IMG/VR virus record: IMGVR_UViG_3300040985_001407
Span: 1 to 26,289 of that record
Origin: a virus
Lineage: Duplodnaviria; Caudoviricetes
DNA length: 26,289 nt
Reading direction: 5' to 3' (one strand)
Every line of letters starts with the position of its first letter. Position 1 is the stretch's first letter. The notes beneath the pieces were generated by a model. That model did not search any database. It was not told where the DNA came from and was given only the letters and a program-made list of their open reading frames with translations. Shown here in pieces: positions 24,832 through 26,289 of this stretch. Both the position numbers and the translations under genes were made by a program.

Positions 24832-25174
24832 TTTTACCTATGCCGAGATGGCTTGCCCCTGTTGCAATCAGCTAATCCTTAACAAGGCCTTCATGGATGC
24901 AATACAGAGTCTCAGGAGAGCCGTGGGGCGGCCTTTCAAGATAACCAGTGGTTATAGGTGTGTGGAGCATAACAAAGCGGTGGGCGGGCTTAGAGGCTCG
25001 TATCACCTTGCTGGCCTAGCCGTGGATATAGCTGTGGCAGATAGCAACTTTAGATGGTCCGTGGTGACGCGCTCCAGCGAATTCAAGCTGAACAGGGTTG
25101 GCGTGTACTCATCTTTTATTCATTTGGACGCTGGTGGCGTAAACGATCAGATCATGTGGGTCAGCGATGATTAA
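24779..25174 (+). CDS. Peptidase M15A family endolysin
   Basis: NFTYAEMACPC, ITSGYRC..HNKAVGG..SYHLAGLAVDI, FIHLD zinc-binding motifs. Confidence 0.92.
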   Translation: MSILTKAMWAANSRRWPNFTYAEMACPCCNQLILNKAFMDAIQSLRRAVGRPFKITSGYRCVEHNKAVGGLRGSYHLAGLAVDIAVADSNFRWSVVTRSSEFKLNRVGVYSSFIHLDAGGVNDQIMWVSDD

Positions 25175-25236
25175 AGTTGACAAAGTTTGCCAAAAAAGAA
25201 ATTCAGAAAATCTACACTTTTTCTGTGAAATATCTA

Positions 25237-25255
25237 AATGAGGATGATTCTCATT
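25237..25255. promoter_or_regulatory. Fur-box-like palindrome
   Basis: AATGAGGATGATTCTCATT, one mismatch from the perfect 9-1-9 palindrome AATGAGAATnATTCTCATT. Confidence 0.6.
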
Positions 25256-25269
25256 CGCAATAACTATTC

Positions 25270-25379
25270 TATGGAGTTGACATAAGTGGGCATTGTGCGG
25301 CTTGTCTGTGCTTGGTAATCTGAGAATTGTAACCGCTAAAGAGAATCGCAAAAAAGGAAACGACTATGCCCTTGCTTGA
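25270..25379 (+). pseudogene. HNH endonuclease C-terminal remnant
   Basis: GTT GAC AT (VDH if one C is restored) then KWALCGLSVLGNLRIVTAKENRKKGN, matching the VDH..CGLHV.WNL.I..A.EN..K.N pattern. Confidence 0.6.
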
Positions 25380-25539
25380 CTATATAAAGAACCGTTTACA
25401 GGAACGCTCAACACGGCTGGGGCTGGCAACAGCTATTGCCGCAACGCTGTCAGCTTACAACCCTGAACAGGTAGAGTTAATTTTAACAATCATTGCCTCG
25501 ATCATCGGGTTGATAGAAGCAGGGACACCAGATAAATGA
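25366..25539 (+). CDS. Holin-like two-TM protein (not in ORF track)
   Basis: 57 aa MPLLDYIKNRLQERSTRLGLATAIAATLSAYNPEQVELILTIIASIIGLIEAGTPDK; AAGGA SD; RLxExSTxxG motif; ATGA-coupled to the next gene; near the endolysin. Confidence 0.7.
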   Translation: MPLLDYIKNRLQERSTRLGLATAIAATLSAYNPEQVELILTIIASIIGLIEAGTPDK

Positions 25540-26153
25540 GTATAGCACTGGAAGCTGACACAGCCGCGCTAGAGAAGGCACTGAGCAACATGGAGAGGGA
25601 GCAACTACCGTTTGCTTTATCGCATTGTCTCAACCGCTTGGCCTTTGAACTAAGGGATTACGCTGGGCTAACCGCCGCCGCTGACCTAGACCGACCAAAG
25701 CCTTTTACCGTTAAGGCGTTTAGCTACAGGAGATCAACAAAGAAGCGGCTACACATTTCCGTGTTCGCACGTAAGAAGCAGAACGCATATCTGAAGCGAA
25801 CCATAACAGCCAACACACGCCGATCTAGTGGTAAGGGCTTCCTGAAGCCTATCAAGATCAAGTTAGACAAGTACGGAAACATATCACGGAAGAAGTACAA
25901 GACGCTGTTGAACACGCCACGGGGCAGTGATGTCTTCAGTGGCCGCATCAAACTAAAGAAACATGGGATGACAGAAGGAATTTTTCAACGTATGGATGGC
26001 AACACATGGTTGCGGGTGCTGGCGGTGTATGAGAAGACACAGACAAGGGTCAAGTCATACGCATTCTTCAAGCATCTTACCCTATACACTAAGACACACT
26101 ATACAAAGCAGTTTAGAAAGTCGATGGCGTTTGCAATGAAGACAGCAAGATAA
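25536..26153 (+). CDS. Basic phage protein, possibly tail-completion/neck (gpZ-like)
   Basis: 205 aa, QLPFAL..LNRLA, DRPKPFT, LDKYGNI motifs of a family often found next to the packaging end; function inferred. Confidence 0.6.
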   Translation: MSIALEADTAALEKALSNMEREQLPFALSHCLNRLAFELRDYAGLTAAADLDRPKPFTVKAFSYRRSTKKRLHISVFARKKQNAYLKRTITANTRRSSGKGFLKPIKIKLDKYGNISRKKYKTLLNTPRGSDVFSGRIKLKKHGMTEGIFQRMDGNTWLRVLAVYEKTQTRVKSYAFFKHLTLYTKTHYTKQFRKSMAFAMKTAR

Positions 26154-26173
26154 TAAACCAAGGAGATCAGGAC

Positions 26174-26239
26174 ATGAATACAGCAATAGTAGTATTAATA
26201 TTAACACTGGCAGTGTTCACGGCCTCGGTGTTGCCGTGA
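26174..26239 (+). CDS. Possible 21-aa hydrophobic peptide
   Basis: AGGAG SD; MNTAIVVLILTLAVFTASVLP. Confidence 0.3.
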   Translation: MNTAIVVLILTLAVFTASVLP

Positions 26240-26261
26240 CTACCCGCCCCAGATATTTTAT

Positions 26262-26289
26262 AGGTTCTTCTGGGGGTTCGGGTGCTGTC
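26262..26289 (+). other. cosQ-like sequence / probable genome end
   Basis: AGGTTCT starts 28 nt before the window end; lambda cosQ (GGGTCCT) starts about 30 nt before the right end of that genome. Confidence 0.35.

Overview
This window is about 26 kb of a tailed dsDNA phage with a non-contractile (siphovirus-type) tail, probably from an aquatic Gammaproteobacterium (inference). The + strand morphogenesis block (1-10659) holds a Mu-gpT-like major capsid, head-tail genes, two near-identical tandem tail-tube genes, a frameshifted tail chaperone, tape measure, tail-tip proteins and a tail fibre. A - strand accessory and replication block (10648-20161) holds a frameshifted lipoprotein, a 10-bp tandem array, a REP-like hairpin, an FGE/C-type-lectin protein with a DGR-like variable region, an LRR protein, SNF2 helicase, a compact Leu762 PolA, SSB, a DUF2800 nuclease and an RHH regulator. 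An AT-rich divergence region full of gene remnants follows. The last + strand block has a P4/D5-type primase-helicase, an iteron origin, XRE HTH, VRR-NUC, M15 endolysin and a holin-like gene, and ends at a cosQ-like sequence. No integrase, ParA/ParB or reverse transcriptase is visible. The main leads are host-type cis-sites carried without their proteins (chromosome-type parS, Fur box, orphan DGR-type VR, REP) and the duplicated tail-tube genes with TTG and ATC starts. Family names come from motif recognition only; no database searches were run.
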